64,000 nucleotides of DNA from Myxococcales bacterium (GTDB lineage: Bacteria > Myxococcota_A > UBA9042 > JABWCM01 > BTVJ01). Position numbers and translations under genes: made by a program. Where the stretch lies: assembly GCA_045863395.1 (NCBI GenBank), contig BTVJ01000024.1, forward strand, positions 31,996 through 95,995, read 5' to 3'. The notes under the pieces are model-generated. The model ran no database searches, was not told where the DNA came from, and was given only the letters and a program-made list of their open reading frames with translations. This document shows, one piece after another, positions 1-15,993 of this stretch (position 1 is its first letter; every line of letters begins with the position of its first letter).

Positions 1-939
1 CGCCACCAGCAGATCGAGCACGCCATCACCGTTCACATCCCCGGCCAGGATGACGCCCAGGTTCCCCGGGTCGTCGGGGAGCAGCGAGTCCGCCGCGACG
101 AGGTCGCCGGCGCAGTTGCCCGCGTAGGAGCGCCATCGGTCCTCGTGCGTCACCACCAGGTCCAGGCAGCCGTCCGCGTTCAGGTCCAAGGCGACGGCCG
201 CGCGGGCGGGCGGCGGCGGCTCCTCCACGGGCGGGAGCGGGCCTGCGTCCTCCGCTGTCTCCCCATCACTGGTGCCCCCGTCAGCGTCGCCGTCGGTGGA
301 GCCGGCGTCCGCGTCGATGGGGGGAGGGGGGACCGCGGGGAGCGTGAAGTTGCCGTTGCCGTCGTTGCGAAGCAGGACGGGCAGCCCGTCGGCGACGATG
401 ACCAGGTCCTGGTCGCCGTCCCCGTCCCAGTCATGGGCGACCGCCGCCTGGGAGTCCTTCTCCTTCAGGCCAGGGAACGCGTAGCTCGGCACCTCACCGT
501 AGGCCAGAGAGAGACCGCCCACGTGGAAGCTGCCCTCGAGGACGGCGCTCTGGCCCCCCGGGACGACCACCTCCACGTCGTGCGCCCCCGCCGGTAGCGG
601 CGGAGTCAGGACCCGCAGCGACGTCGGGTCGATCACCTCGAGCCCTGGCGCCTCGACCCCGCCGAAGCGCACGTTGGCGCCAGCGGCGAAGCCCGCGCCG
701 CTCACGATGACGAGCTCGCCACCGGAGGGGCGCCCTGATGACGGAGTCACCGCGGTCACCGCCAGTGGGACGGCCGGGTTCGCTGCATCCGTGGTGGCCA
801 CGCCGACGGCGTCCCCGGTTGGCGCTGCATCAGCGCCCGAGACCGTCTCGGGTTCATTGGCGGTGGTGGAGGCGGGCGACGTGCAAGCCGCGCAGGCCAC
901 GACCCCAGCGAGCGTCATCGCGACTCGAAACACATTCAT
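1..939 (-). CDS. Secreted/lipoprotein with IPT/TIG domain and FG-GAP (VCBS-like) repeats; runs off the window edge
   Basis: Manual translation from ATG 939 (RBS GAGAGG): MNVFRVAMTLAGVVAWAAC signal/lipobox, IPT motif VTAVTPSSGRPSGGELVIVSGAGFAAGANVRFGG, FG-GAP motif DWDGDGDQDLV. Not in the ORF track because it is open at base 1. Confidence 0.75.
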   Translation of the reverse strand, partial: MNVFRVAMTLAGVVACAACTSPASTTANEPETVSGADAAPTGDAVGVATTDAANPAVPLAVTAVTPSSGRPSGGELVIVSGAGFAAGANVRFGGVEAPGLEVIDPTSLRVLTPPLPAGAHDVEVVVPGGQSAVLEGSFHVGGLSLAYGEVPSYAFPGLKEKDSQAAVAHDWDGDGDQDLVIVADGLPVLLRNDGNGNFTLPAVPPPPIDADAGSTDGDADGGTSDGETAEDAGPLPPVEEPPPPARAAVALDLNADGCLDLVVTHEDRWRSYAGNCAGDLVAADSLLPDDPGNLGVILAGDVNGDGVLDLLVA

Positions 940-973
940 GTCTGCGGCGCCTCTCGGAGAGGAGAGCTTGGTG

Positions 974-2827
974 TCACGCACTGCGGCTGCCCCCCGTGCG
1001 GCGCGTCGCCCAGCCAAGAGCCAGGAGGAGCGCGAGGACAAGGCCTGGCTCGACGGCGCGGGAGCCACACCCGGCAGCGTCGGGAGAGGGCTTGGCGGCT
1101 TGGGCCGCCGTGGATTGCTCCGACGGCGTGGGAGCAGGCGCGGCTGGGCTCTGATCCGTCGCGGGGGCTGGCAGCTCCTCGCCGGATGGACCTCCCTGCT
1201 CTGGCGCCAGCGCCCCCGCGAAGGGCTGGAGGGCCTCGGGGACGACCAGAATCTCCACGTCGATGCTCGGGTGCGGGCACCGCATGGCGTCACCGCCCGC
1301 GCCCAGCAGCGTCAGGCGTGCGGAGACGACGCCCGTCGCCTTGAGGCTCACGGCGACCGGGAACTCGAGGCGCGCGATCTCACCGGGTGGTATGTCCGCG
1401 CCCGTGACGGCCGCCACGTTCCAGGCAGGCCACTGGCCCGGCGGCGCAAGCGGGCTCGGCTCGCCGGGACCGGCCCCGGTGGCCCCGAGCCACACCGCGC
1501 CCTTCTTCCACGTGGACGTGCCCATGTTGCGGGCCACGACCCAGGCGGTGCCTGCCGCACCGGGCGCCAGCATCTTCGGGTGGGACACGTCGAGCACGTC
1601 GGCCGCCCACGCTGGCGGTGGGTCCCCGAGCACCTTCGGCTCCGCCTCGTCCAGAGGCCCGTCGCAGTCGTTGTCCAGGTCGTCGCAGAGCTCGTCGCTC
1701 GGGTCCACCAGGCGCACGCAGGTCTTCCACCCCGCCACGCACCGCACGCGCCCATCTCTGCACACGCCCAGCTCCTGGGTGTCGCACACGAGGGTGCCGC
1801 CCTCCGGGTCTGGACCCTCGCAGGCCGACCAGCCCGCCCACTGGCAGTCGCCGCCGCAGGACCGGCCGTGGAGGCCGCAGTCACCGCAAGCCTCGGTCTG
1901 CGACGCACCGGGAGCGCAGGGGCCCTCGCCCATGCACCCGCTCCAGCCGCCCCAGCTACACCCTCCACCGCAGGTGCGCGTCTGGTGGCCGCAGTTGCCG
2001 CAGCCCTGCTGCTGCGTGGCGCCGGCCACGCACTCGCCCTGCGCCGCACACCCGCTCCAGCCGCCCCACTGGCAGGCGGCCGTGCAGGTCCGGCTCTGGT
2101 GGCCGCACGCGCCGCAGCCTTGGTTCTGCGTGGCGCCCGGGGCGCAGGGGCCCTGGCCGTTGCACCCCGTCCAGGCGCCCCAGGTGCTGCCCGACGTGCA
2201 GGTGCGGGTCTTGGCGCCGCACTGCCCGCACGCCTGGGACTGGACCTGGCCCGGGTTGCACTCCCCACCGCCGCCCCCGCCGCCCAGGTTGTGCCGGCGC
2301 GCAGCGGAGTAGCTGCTGCCCGCCGTGCGCACGTTGTGCACGCAGCCGTAGCTGCACCCCTTGCACTCGTAGGCCCAGTGGCTCCCCCACGGGTCGCCCG
2401 ACTCGTAGATCAGGACGTGGGTGCTGCTGGCCAGTGCGTCGCCCTTGAGCATGGACGAGCGGGAGATCTTGTCCCAGTAGGTCGCGCTCTTGGTGTACGA
2501 GGCCGCCACGTAGGGCCCGTGGCCGCAGGTGGAGGTGGAGATGGCGTTCGGGACCTGCCACACCTTGGTGGTGAAGCCGGAGCAGTCTGCGCCGTAGCTG
2601 CCCGAGTGGTTGCAGCTCGGGCAGTTCCCCGAGCAACTCCCCTTGCTGCACGAGAAGTTGGGAGAGCAGCCGTTGGAGCACCAGCAGCCGCCCCCCCAAT
2701 AGTAGGAGAACCCGACGCCCGACTTGGCGCGGCAGATGATCTCGTCCCGCGACATGGTGGGCAGCGCGATCGCGTCTGCTGCGAGCAGCGCGGCGAACGT
2801 GGTGACGGCCAGGCGCAACCCGCTCAT
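974..2827 (-). CDS. Secreted Cys-rich protein: NlpC/P60-like domain, 4x38-aa thrombospondin-like repeats, MopE-type motif, Ig-like domain, MYXO-CTERM-like tail
   Basis: Start MSGLRLAVTT overlaps the upstream stop (ATGA). Motifs SYYWGG...GADCSGF...GDAL...THVLIY; repeats CGxCGxxTRTCxxxCxWGxWxxC; C-terminus GCG-x-hydrophobic helix-RR. Confidence 0.7.
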   Translation of the reverse strand: MSGLRLAVTTFAALLAADAIALPTMSRDEIICRAKSGVGFSYYWGGGCWCSNGCSPNFSCSKGSCSGNCPSCNHSGSYGADCSGFTTKVWQVPNAISTSTCGHGPYVAASYTKSATYWDKISRSSMLKGDALASSTHVLIYESGDPWGSHWAYECKGCSYGCVHNVRTAGSSYSAARRHNLGGGGGGGECNPGQVQSQACGQCGAKTRTCTSGSTWGAWTGCNGQGPCAPGATQNQGCGACGHQSRTCTAACQWGGWSGCAAQGECVAGATQQQGCGNCGHQTRTCGGGCSWGGWSGCMGEGPCAPGASQTEACGDCGLHGRSCGGDCQWAGWSACEGPDPEGGTLVCDTQELGVCRDGRVRCVAGWKTCVRLVDPSDELCDDLDNDCDGPLDEAEPKVLGDPPPAWAADVLDVSHPKMLAPGAAGTAWVVARNMGTSTWKKGAVWLGATGAGPGEPSPLAPPGQWPAWNVAAVTGADIPPGEIARLEFPVAVSLKATGVVSARLTLLGAGGDAMRCPHPSIDVEILVVPEALQPFAGALAPEQGGPSGEELPAPATDQSPAAPAPTPSEQSTAAQAAKPSPDAAGCGSRAVEPGLVLALLLALGWATRRTGGSRSA

Positions 2828-3783
2828 CGCGCCCCTCCCAGGCGGCCGAAGCGCAGGACCTGCGGTCCGTGCGGGAGGATCGCGAGCTGGTAGAGGCCGC
2901 CGTCGCCGCCCAGGTCCAGCTCCCGGACCTGCTCGTACTCCGTGAGTACATGAGGGGACCGGGCCACCGGGCCGCGCTCGCCGATGGCCGAGAAGGTGTG
3001 GATCTCCGTGTGCTCCGCCACGACCTCGACGCCGCCCTCGTCGAAGCGCATGACGTGGAGCGCGATCATCAGGGAGCCGCGAGCGTCGTCCTCCAGCCAC
3101 GCGATGCGGGCGATGGGGCCCTCCGCCGTGATCGGGAGGCGCTGGAGCACCGCGCCCTCCCGCGAGACCCATTCCACCAGAGCGCCGCCCGCCCCGTCCA
3201 GGGCCGCGACGAGGCTGCGACCGGCTACCGCCGACGGGCGACCGGGAACCGCCGTGCGCTCGCACGGGTCGAGGCGGTCATCGAGGACGCGAACCGACAT
3301 GCGGTGCTCCACCTCGAGCCAGACGCCGTCAGCCCGCGCAAGCAGCGCAGTGACCGCGCCACCCTCGGGAATGTGCTCGCCGAGGATCGGCACCTCGCGG
3401 GAGGCGCCCGTCGCCTCGTCTGCGATGAGCACGCTCTGCCGCACGAGCCGGTCGAGGACCAGGAGGCGCCCGTCCGGGGCGATCTCGACGTCCTGGAAGG
3501 TGTCTCCGGGGAGCGAGATCTCGCCGACGACGCTGCCGTCCGGGCGGAAGTGGACGACCCGCGAGCTGACCTGATCCAGCACGTAGACGTCGCCAGTCGA
3601 GGCGACCGCGAAGCTCATGGGCCCCTCGGGGCTCGACTCGTTGCCATCCCGCAAGGCGATCATCGCGCCGCCGGACCCCCACGGGACCTGGAGCGCGATC
3701 TGGGCCGTCTGATGTGCGTCGACCTGTGGCGGGTCGCCAGTAAGGGCAAGGAGGAGCGCGTGGAGGAGTGCGATGGTGCCCAT
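2824..3783 (-). CDS. Secreted beta-propeller (NHL-like) protein
   Basis: Signal peptide; GPMSFAVASTGDVYVLDQVSSRVVHF and DVEIAPDGRLLVLD blades. Confidence 0.7.
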   Translation of the reverse strand: MGTIALLHALLLALTGDPPQVDAHQTAQIALQVPWGSGGAMIALRDGNESSPEGPMSFAVASTGDVYVLDQVSSRVVHFRPDGSVVGEISLPGDTFQDVEIAPDGRLLVLDRLVRQSVLIADEATGASREVPILGEHIPEGGAVTALLARADGVWLEVEHRMSVRVLDDRLDPCERTAVPGRPSAVAGRSLVAALDGAGGALVEWVSREGAVLQRLPITAEGPIARIAWLEDDARGSLMIALHVMRFDEGGVEVVAEHTEIHTFSAIGERGPVARSPHVLTEYEQVRELDLGGDGGLYQLAILPHGPQVLRFGRLGGAR

Positions 3784-3915
3784 AGTGGCCGCTACCTCGG
3801 CGCCCCCGGGAAGTTCAGAGCCTGGTGCGCAGGGATCACCTTACGGCGAGTCGTCGGCACCCGCGCATGGTAGGGCTCCGGCGCGCGTAGCGTCAAGCCA
3901 GAAGCCACCTCTGGC

Positions 3916-9498
<5,583 letters not shown>

Positions 9499-9717
9499 GG
9501 GGGACCTTCCTTGTGAGAAGCGTTGCGGTGTCGACCTCTACGGTACTCCTGAGCCGCCGGTGCCACAACTGCGTGTCACCCTTGACACACAAGGGCGGCC
9601 CGCCGCCCGCCGGAGCGCCGCAAGTCACCGAAAGCCAAGCCGCATCCGCCCGCACGTCAAGCTGGCGCCCTCCTTGCTATGCCTGGTCGGCGAGGACAAC
9701 ACACGAAGGAGGCAGCC

Positions 9718-12192
9718 ATGAACGCATGGATACGGTGGAGCATCCTGGCGGCGACCCTGATCGCGGCCCTGGCGGTGAGCGGCCCGGCGACCTCCGGGGA
9801 GCGCCCGGCCCTGGTCGGCCGCACGGCGGACGGCGCCGAGGCGGCGTTCACGCTGGCGAGGACCGAGGTCGCAGGCGAGATCCTCAGCGGGTGGGCCCGC
9901 ATCGCCGTCACACAGACCTGGGAGAACCCGTTCACGGCGCCCCTGGAGGGCGTCTACCGCTTTCCGCTTCCCCACGACGCCGCGGTGGACCGGGTCGCCA
10001 TGGTCGTCGGGACCCGGCTCATCGAGGGCCAGGTCATGGAGCGGGAGCGCGCCGAGCAGGTGTACGAGGCAGCGCGGGACGAGGGGCGCCACGCGGCGCT
10101 CACCGAGGAGGAGCGGCCCAACGTGTTCACCCAGACCGTCGCGAACGTGATGCCCGGGGAGACCATCCTCGTGACGCTGCGCTTCGTGATGCCGCTGGCG
10201 CTGGAGGACGGCGAGTACACCCTGGCGCTGCCGACGACCATCGGGCCCCGGTACGTCCCGGCCCACAAGGCTGGCGACCCGGCCATGGCGCGGGTGACGG
10301 CTCCGGTCCTGGCCGCGGGGGAGGACCCGGGCCACCGCCTCGACGTGACGCTGCGAATCCGCCCCGGCCTGCCGCTCTTGGGCGTCCACAGCCAGACCCA
10401 CTCCATCGCCGTGACCCACGCGGCGCCCGACGACGCGACGGTCACGCTGGACCCCGACGACCGGATCCCCGACAAGGACCTGGTGCTGCGGTACCGCGTC
10501 GCGTCCAGGGCACCGTTGGCAGGTGTCCTGGCGACCCGCAGCGGTGAGGGCCCCGGCACCTTCGCGCTGACCGTGGAGCCCCCGTCGCCGACGGCCGGGG
10601 TGGCGGTCCGCCCCCGCGAGCTGGTGTTCGTGGTCGACACGTCGGGCTCCATGATGGGCGAGCCCGTGGAGAAGGCGAAGGCCGTCATCCGTCGCGCCTT
10701 GGCGAACCTCGGTGCCGCGGACACCTTCCAGATCATCAACTTCTCGTCGTCTGCGTCCTCCCTGTCGCCCACGCCCCTCGACCGGTCTCCTCAGAACCTC
10801 CGGCGGGGCCTCCAGTACGTCGACCACCTGGCAGGGGAGGGGGGCACGGAGATGCTCGCCGGGGTCCGCGCGGCGCTGGCCGGGGCACCGCCGGCGGGGC
10901 GCCTGCGCATCGTGCTGTTCCTGACCGACGGCTACATCGGAAATGACGCCGAGGTCATCGACTACGTCGCGGCCCACATCGGCCAGGCGCGCCTGTTTGC
11001 GCTGGGCGTGGGCTCCAGCGTGAACCGGTATCTGCTCGACCGGCTCGCCGCGGCCGGGAGGGGCGCGGTCGAGTACGTCACCCCCTACGAGCCCGAGGAC
11101 GACGTCGCCGACCGCTTCAGCGCGCGCATCGACGCGCCGGTGCTCACGGACATCGAGATTGACTGGGGCGGTCTGCCCGTCCACGGGATCTCCCCGCTGC
11201 CGATCCCTGACCTGTTCATCGGGCAGCCGCTGCGGGTCCTCGGCCGGTACGAGCGGGCCGCCAAGGGCACGGTGCAGGTGCGGGGAGTCAGCGACGGGAA
11301 GGAGGTGACCATCGACGTCCCGGTGAGTCTCCCTGCGGTGTCTGCCGGCATGGAGATGATCGAGACCGTCTGGGCGCGTCGGGAGATCGACCGGATCACT
11401 GGCGACGCGACCCCAGAGCAGGTCCGCCGGGCGACGGATCTGGCCCTGGAGCACCGCATCCTGTCTCCGTGGACCTCCTTCGTCGCGGTGGAGCGTGACG
11501 CCGTGGCGAATCCGTCCCCCGAGCAGCTCAGGACAGCCCTCGCGGCCGTCTATCTGCCCGACGGTGTCGAACACGCCGGTATCTTCGGCGAGCCCAAGCC
11601 CCCGGCGCTGCTGACGCCCGACCGCATCATGCCCGGCGACCCGGACATCCTGGTCCACGCCCCGCGAGACGCCCGGCGGGTGTTTGCGCTGCTGCCGTGG
11701 GGGGAGCCGGTGATCTGCGTGTGGGTCGAGGGAGAGGGCGCGTTCATGGGACGCTTCCTCGTGCCGCGGGAGGCGGCGGAGGGGCTGTACCCCGTGAGGG
11801 TCTACGTGGAGCACGCTGACGGCACGAAGCAGTCCTACTCCCTGGTCTACCGGGTGGACTTCACGGCGCCCGTCATGGAGCTGGAGCTGCCGCGGGGGAT
11901 CCTCGCCGCCGGATCGGTGCTCTCCCTGCGCGCAATCCCGATCGAGGGAGTCTACGAGGGGAAGGCCGTCCGCAAGGTCGGCAAGGTGACCGTCCGCATG
12001 AGGACCGACGTCAAGCGCGTCTCGGTGAGGGTCGGCGACGTGCAGACGCTGCTCGCGCAGACTCCCCGGGGTGAGGCGTGGGAGGGGCACCTGCGGTTGC
12101 CGGAGACTCCGGGTGAATATGCCGTAGAGCTCGTCGTGACGGACTTCGCTGGGAACTCCATGCGCCAGACGGCGACCGTGGTGGTGCGATGA
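9718..12192 (+). CDS. VIT and vWA domain-containing protein
   Basis: RBS AGGAGG; VIT motif LEGVYRFPLPHDAAV; MIDAS DTSGSM, LFLTDG; WTSFVAVE. Confidence 0.9.
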   Translation: MNAWIRWSILAATLIAALAVSGPATSGERPALVGRTADGAEAAFTLARTEVAGEILSGWARIAVTQTWENPFTAPLEGVYRFPLPHDAAVDRVAMVVGTRLIEGQVMERERAEQVYEAARDEGRHAALTEEERPNVFTQTVANVMPGETILVTLRFVMPLALEDGEYTLALPTTIGPRYVPAHKAGDPAMARVTAPVLAAGEDPGHRLDVTLRIRPGLPLLGVHSQTHSIAVTHAAPDDATVTLDPDDRIPDKDLVLRYRVASRAPLAGVLATRSGEGPGTFALTVEPPSPTAGVAVRPRELVFVVDTSGSMMGEPVEKAKAVIRRALANLGAADTFQIINFSSSASSLSPTPLDRSPQNLRRGLQYVDHLAGEGGTEMLAGVRAALAGAPPAGRLRIVLFLTDGYIGNDAEVIDYVAAHIGQARLFALGVGSSVNRYLLDRLAAAGRGAVEYVTPYEPEDDVADRFSARIDAPVLTDIEIDWGGLPVHGISPLPIPDLFIGQPLRVLGRYERAAKGTVQVRGVSDGKEVTIDVPVSLPAVSAGMEMIETVWARREIDRITGDATPEQVRRATDLALEHRILSPWTSFVAVERDAVANPSPEQLRTALAAVYLPDGVEHAGIFGEPKPPALLTPDRIMPGDPDILVHAPRDARRVFALLPWGEPVICVWVEGEGAFMGRFLVPREAAEGLYPVRVYVEHADGTKQSYSLVYRVDFTAPVMELELPRGILAAGSVLSLRAIPIEGVYEGKAVRKVGKVTVRMRTDVKRVSVRVGDVQTLLAQTPRGEAWEGHLRLPETPGEYAVELVVTDFAGNSMRQTATVVVR

Positions 12193-13709
12193 GGACGCTG
12201 ATCGCAATCCTGCTCTGCGTGGCGGGCCAGGCGCAGGCGGGGCCCGTGTGCGAGACGGTGGCGTGGCCCGTCTACGGCGAGGCCCATTCGCCCGATCACA
12301 TCTACCGCGCGACGGCCGGTGGCCTGGAGGTCACAGAGAGAGACTCCGGTACGTCCCGCCTCCTGACCACCTGCGACGGCCTGCCGTCCACCCATGTCCT
12401 CGCCGTGACCGCCTACGGGGACGGGGCGGTCCTTGCCGTGCGCGGCGGGGGTCTGTGGCGGCTCTCCCCGGGCGGGCAGGTCACCCCTGTCGGGCCCTCG
12501 GAGCCCCTGCGCTGGGCGACGGCCGTCACCTCTCTGGGCGATGACCTGGTGGTCGGCACCGTATCGGACGGGGTGGTGCGCCTCGTGCCGGACGGCGCCG
12601 GTTGGCGTCTCACGCGCCCCTGGCCCAAGTGGTCGAAGGGCCGCACGACCGCCCTGCTCGCAAGCGAGGACGGCCTCTGGGTCGGGCGGGACCAACAGGG
12701 GCTCTGGACCCTCGACGCGCGAGGCCGGGAGCGGCGCGTGCTCCGCGGCAGCGTCCAGGGTCTCAGCAAGACGCCCGAAGGTCTGCTGGTCGACCGGGGC
12801 ATCGAGGTCTGCGTGGCGCGAGGCAACCGCTGCACGGCGTCCGAGGCTCCAGTCTCGGTAGCGCCCCCGGCCGGCCAACTCCCGTCCAATCACGTCACCT
12901 CCCTCGCCGTCTACCCGGGTCCAGAAGGGGCCCCGGCCCTCTGGGCGGGCACCTTCGACCAGGGCGTAGTGGTCCGCGTCGGTGAGCGCTGGGAGCGCCC
13001 CGACGTCGTCGGGGAGGCCCCGCGCTTCGTCAACCAGGTAGTGGCCGCCCCGGACGCGCTCTGGGTCGCCACCTCCACCGGCGCCTACCGGCTCCAGGAC
13101 GGTCGCTGGACGCGCTATGGCGAGCCGGCGGGGCTGCTGACGGACCGGGTGAACGGGCTCTCCGTCGACGACGGCCGGGTCTGGTTCGCCACGAGCCAGG
13201 GCCTCTCCGTGTGGGGCGAGCGCGGAATCTCGACGGTGACCCAGAGGGACGGGCTCCCGCACCGCATCGTCCACGCAATCACGAGCTGGGACGGGGCGGT
13301 CTACGCAGGGACGTCCGACGGCCTCGCCGTGATCCGGGACGGGCAGGTCACGGTGCTGAGGACAGAGGCCGGCGCGATCTCGGCCAACTGGATCACCGCT
13401 CTGCTGGCGACGCCGGACGGTGTCTTGAGCGGCACCTACGACCGCGGGGTCGACCACCTCACGGGGCCCCGCCCCACGCCACTCGAAGGGCTCGGTCCCG
13501 TGTGGGTGAACCCCCACGGTGTCTGGCAGGATCCGGCGGATGGCACGCTCTACGTGGCGACCCTCGGCGAGGGCCTGTGGCACGGAGAGGGAGCCGCCTG
13601 GTCGCGCGTGCAGGCGCCGCTACCGTCCAACGACGTCACGGCCGTAGCGCGCCTCGATGGGCTGTGGGTGGCGACGCGGGAGGGCTTGCTCCACCTGTCG
13701 GAGCTGTGA
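12189..13709 (+). CDS. Secreted protein with two-component-regulator propeller repeats
   Basis: Repeated GLPSN/T-x-V and LWVAT/WVGT blades; ATGA coupling to the vWA gene. Confidence 0.8.
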   Translation: MRTLIAILLCVAGQAQAGPVCETVAWPVYGEAHSPDHIYRATAGGLEVTERDSGTSRLLTTCDGLPSTHVLAVTAYGDGAVLAVRGGGLWRLSPGGQVTPVGPSEPLRWATAVTSLGDDLVVGTVSDGVVRLVPDGAGWRLTRPWPKWSKGRTTALLASEDGLWVGRDQQGLWTLDARGRERRVLRGSVQGLSKTPEGLLVDRGIEVCVARGNRCTASEAPVSVAPPAGQLPSNHVTSLAVYPGPEGAPALWAGTFDQGVVVRVGERWERPDVVGEAPRFVNQVVAAPDALWVATSTGAYRLQDGRWTRYGEPAGLLTDRVNGLSVDDGRVWFATSQGLSVWGERGISTVTQRDGLPHRIVHAITSWDGAVYAGTSDGLAVIRDGQVTVLRTEAGAISANWITALLATPDGVLSGTYDRGVDHLTGPRPTPLEGLGPVWVNPHGVWQDPADGTLYVATLGEGLWHGEGAAWSRVQAPLPSNDVTAVARLDGLWVATREGLLHLSEL

Positions 13710-13719
13710 TCCTGAGCCG

Positions 13720-15888
13720 CTACTCCGGGTCACAGGCCCCGTCGCAGGTCATGGTGACCACCCCGGTCTGCAGGAACTCCACCGCCATCTGGATCACCGG
13801 CATGTTCTCGAAGGGCTTGCCGTGGGGATCCGAGCCCTCTCGCATCGGCTGGTTGATGGTTGGGACGGGGGGGAGCCCGTAGTCCAGATCCACGAAGGCG
13901 GACCCAACGACGGGCGACGCCGCCCCGTCCAGCCCCCAGAGCGTCCGGTTCCCGGGCTGGATGTGGGGCACCCCGATGGCCCGCGCCATGACCTCGGAGC
14001 TCAGGTTCGGCACCTGGTGGTCGCCGATGGCCTCGATGAGCAGCACCTCGTGCGGCGGGGTCCCGGGCAGCGGGTCGCTCACGATGGAGTCGGAGTAGCC
14101 CGTCGGCTCGGCGCGGTCCCAGAGCATCTGCGCGACGCCCAGCAGGAGCTGGGTGTCGAGCGGCTGGAACACCCCCTTGATGATCGCCCAGAACGGGTCG
14201 AAGTGGACGCTCCTCGGCAGCATGAGACAGTACGGCTGGCCCGGGACCGCGAGGACCCCTCGCTGCACCTCCTGCGTCAACGCCATGTAGGAGGCGCCGT
14301 AGATGCCCCCCTGGCTGCCGCCGACGTAGCTGGGTCCCTCGACCGTCCACGCCGCGTGCCCCCCCACCTCGAACGTCGGGTCGTCCACCATGGTGGTCCG
14401 CATCGTCCTCATGAGGATGAGCATGTTCAAGAAGCCCTGGCGGCTCCGGTCGGGCACGGTGCGGAACTCGAGGACGTCCCCGCCTGCGATGGCCGCCGCG
14501 ATGGCCGGCGGGTCCTCGTGGGACATGCCGATCCAGTCCGTGGCGAACACCACGTAGCCGTAGGCGTCGGCGAGGAGCTGCATCTCCGTCGCGAGGGCCG
14601 CATCACGGCTCCCGAACAGCCCATGGCCGAACTGGATCAGCGGGCGCGGCTCCTCGACGGCGCTGTTCGGGATCATGACGACGAAGGGGTAGTCCGCCGT
14701 GCCGTTCTGGACGGGCATGCCGTCGCCATCGACGACCATCTTCCCCCCCGGGCCCGGCGCGTCCAGGTACAGGGGGACCGTGATGCGACCGCGCACGAGC
14801 CGCGCCACGTGGGGGCTCCAGTCGTCCTCCACCGAGTCGATCACATAGGGCGCGCCCCCGTCGCCCAGCGCGGCCAGGGAGTCGTCCCGCATTGTCAGCA
14901 TGGCCGCCGTGTTGTTCTCGCGGCTCGCCGTCGTGAAGTCCCAGGCGAGCTGCAGGTCCTCGCGGGGAACGCCCGCCGCCTCCAGGCGCGCGAAGATGTC
15001 CTCGTACCACTCTGCGCGGCGCTCGACCGACACGTCCTCCGAGGCGAGCCCGTCCCGCAGCGCCTTGAAGGTCGCCGAGGGCGGCAGCGGGGCGCCGTCG
15101 GCCCCCTCCACTCCCCGGATCGCCGCGATGTAGCGCGTCCCGTCCCGCAGGCGCTCGACCGGGCGTAGCATGAACGTGCGCCCGTCGTCGGCGTCCGGCC
15201 AGGTGTCCAGCTCGGCGAAGTGCGCGATGCGCCGCCCCGTCTCCACCTCCAGAATGACCGTCGGCGAGGCCGGGTCCAGCGAGTCCTCCGGGTGCCAGGG
15301 CGTCGCCAGGCCTGCCACCGTCGCTCCGGGCAGGTGCGCGAGCAGCGTGGCGCCCGGCGAGAAGCCGTCGCTGTACGAGAGCCACGTCGGGTCGGTGACC
15401 AGGAGGCCGCCAGCGAGGGTCAGCGTCGTCGGCCCGAGCTGGACCCGGCGCCCGGTCGCCGTCGTCGGGTCCTCCACGGACCACACATCCGAGGGGAAGG
15501 GGAAGGAGCAGACCGTGGGCACCAGCGGATCGCAGTCGCCACCGAGCCACCAGCCTGGACCGTCCTGGGGCGGCTCCTCACCATCTGGGGCGTCCTGGCC
15601 GCCGCTGTCGCCGTCTGCTGGCCCAGCAGCGTCGCCGGTGTCTCCTGGTGCGTCGCCGGAATCCCCTGCTGCGTCGCTGACCGTCCCTGCGTCGTCGCTC
15701 GCGTCTCCCCCGCCATCGGTCCCGCCCACGTCAGGGTCGCCGGCTGCGTCCGCCGCGTCTCCGGCCACCCCGGCGTCCGCGTCCGCGCTGCCCCCAGAAG
15801 CGTCACCCGCCCCGCCCGCGTCGTCTCCGCACGCCACCACCATCGCCGCGACGACTGCCGCCAGCACTCGAAGCCCACGAGCCACCAT
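13720..15888 (-). CDS. Lipoprotein, alpha/beta-hydrolase-fold (lipase-like)
   Basis: Lipobox VVAC; Asp/Gly linker; FPFPSD; FGHGLFGS oxyanion motif; nucleophile GGSQGG; GDHQV and DPH. RBS GGAGG before ATG 15888. Confidence 0.8.
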   Translation of the reverse strand: MVARGLRVLAAVVAAMVVACGDDAGGAGDASGGSADADAGVAGDAADAAGDPDVGGTDGGGDASDDAGTVSDAAGDSGDAPGDTGDAAGPADGDSGGQDAPDGEEPPQDGPGWWLGGDCDPLVPTVCSFPFPSDVWSVEDPTTATGRRVQLGPTTLTLAGGLLVTDPTWLSYSDGFSPGATLLAHLPGATVAGLATPWHPEDSLDPASPTVILEVETGRRIAHFAELDTWPDADDGRTFMLRPVERLRDGTRYIAAIRGVEGADGAPLPPSATFKALRDGLASEDVSVERRAEWYEDIFARLEAAGVPREDLQLAWDFTTASRENNTAAMLTMRDDSLAALGDGGAPYVIDSVEDDWSPHVARLVRGRITVPLYLDAPGPGGKMVVDGDGMPVQNGTADYPFVVMIPNSAVEEPRPLIQFGHGLFGSRDAALATEMQLLADAYGYVVFATDWIGMSHEDPPAIAAAIAGGDVLEFRTVPDRSRQGFLNMLILMRTMRTTMVDDPTFEVGGHAAWTVEGPSYVGGSQGGIYGASYMALTQEVQRGVLAVPGQPYCLMLPRSVHFDPFWAIIKGVFQPLDTQLLLGVAQMLWDRAEPTGYSDSIVSDPLPGTPPHEVLLIEAIGDHQVPNLSSEVMARAIGVPHIQPGNRTLWGLDGAASPVVGSAFVDLDYGLPPVPTINQPMREGSDPHGKPFENMPVIQMAVEFLQTGVVTMTCDGACDPE

Positions 15889-15993
15889 GCTCACCTCCCG
15901 GTTGTCGAGCCGGGCGCGAGCATAGCGGACGGGGGTGCTTGCGGAAAGGCGCGTCGGGCCCAGTGCGGTGACAGCGGGGAGGTGGCGTGCTCG

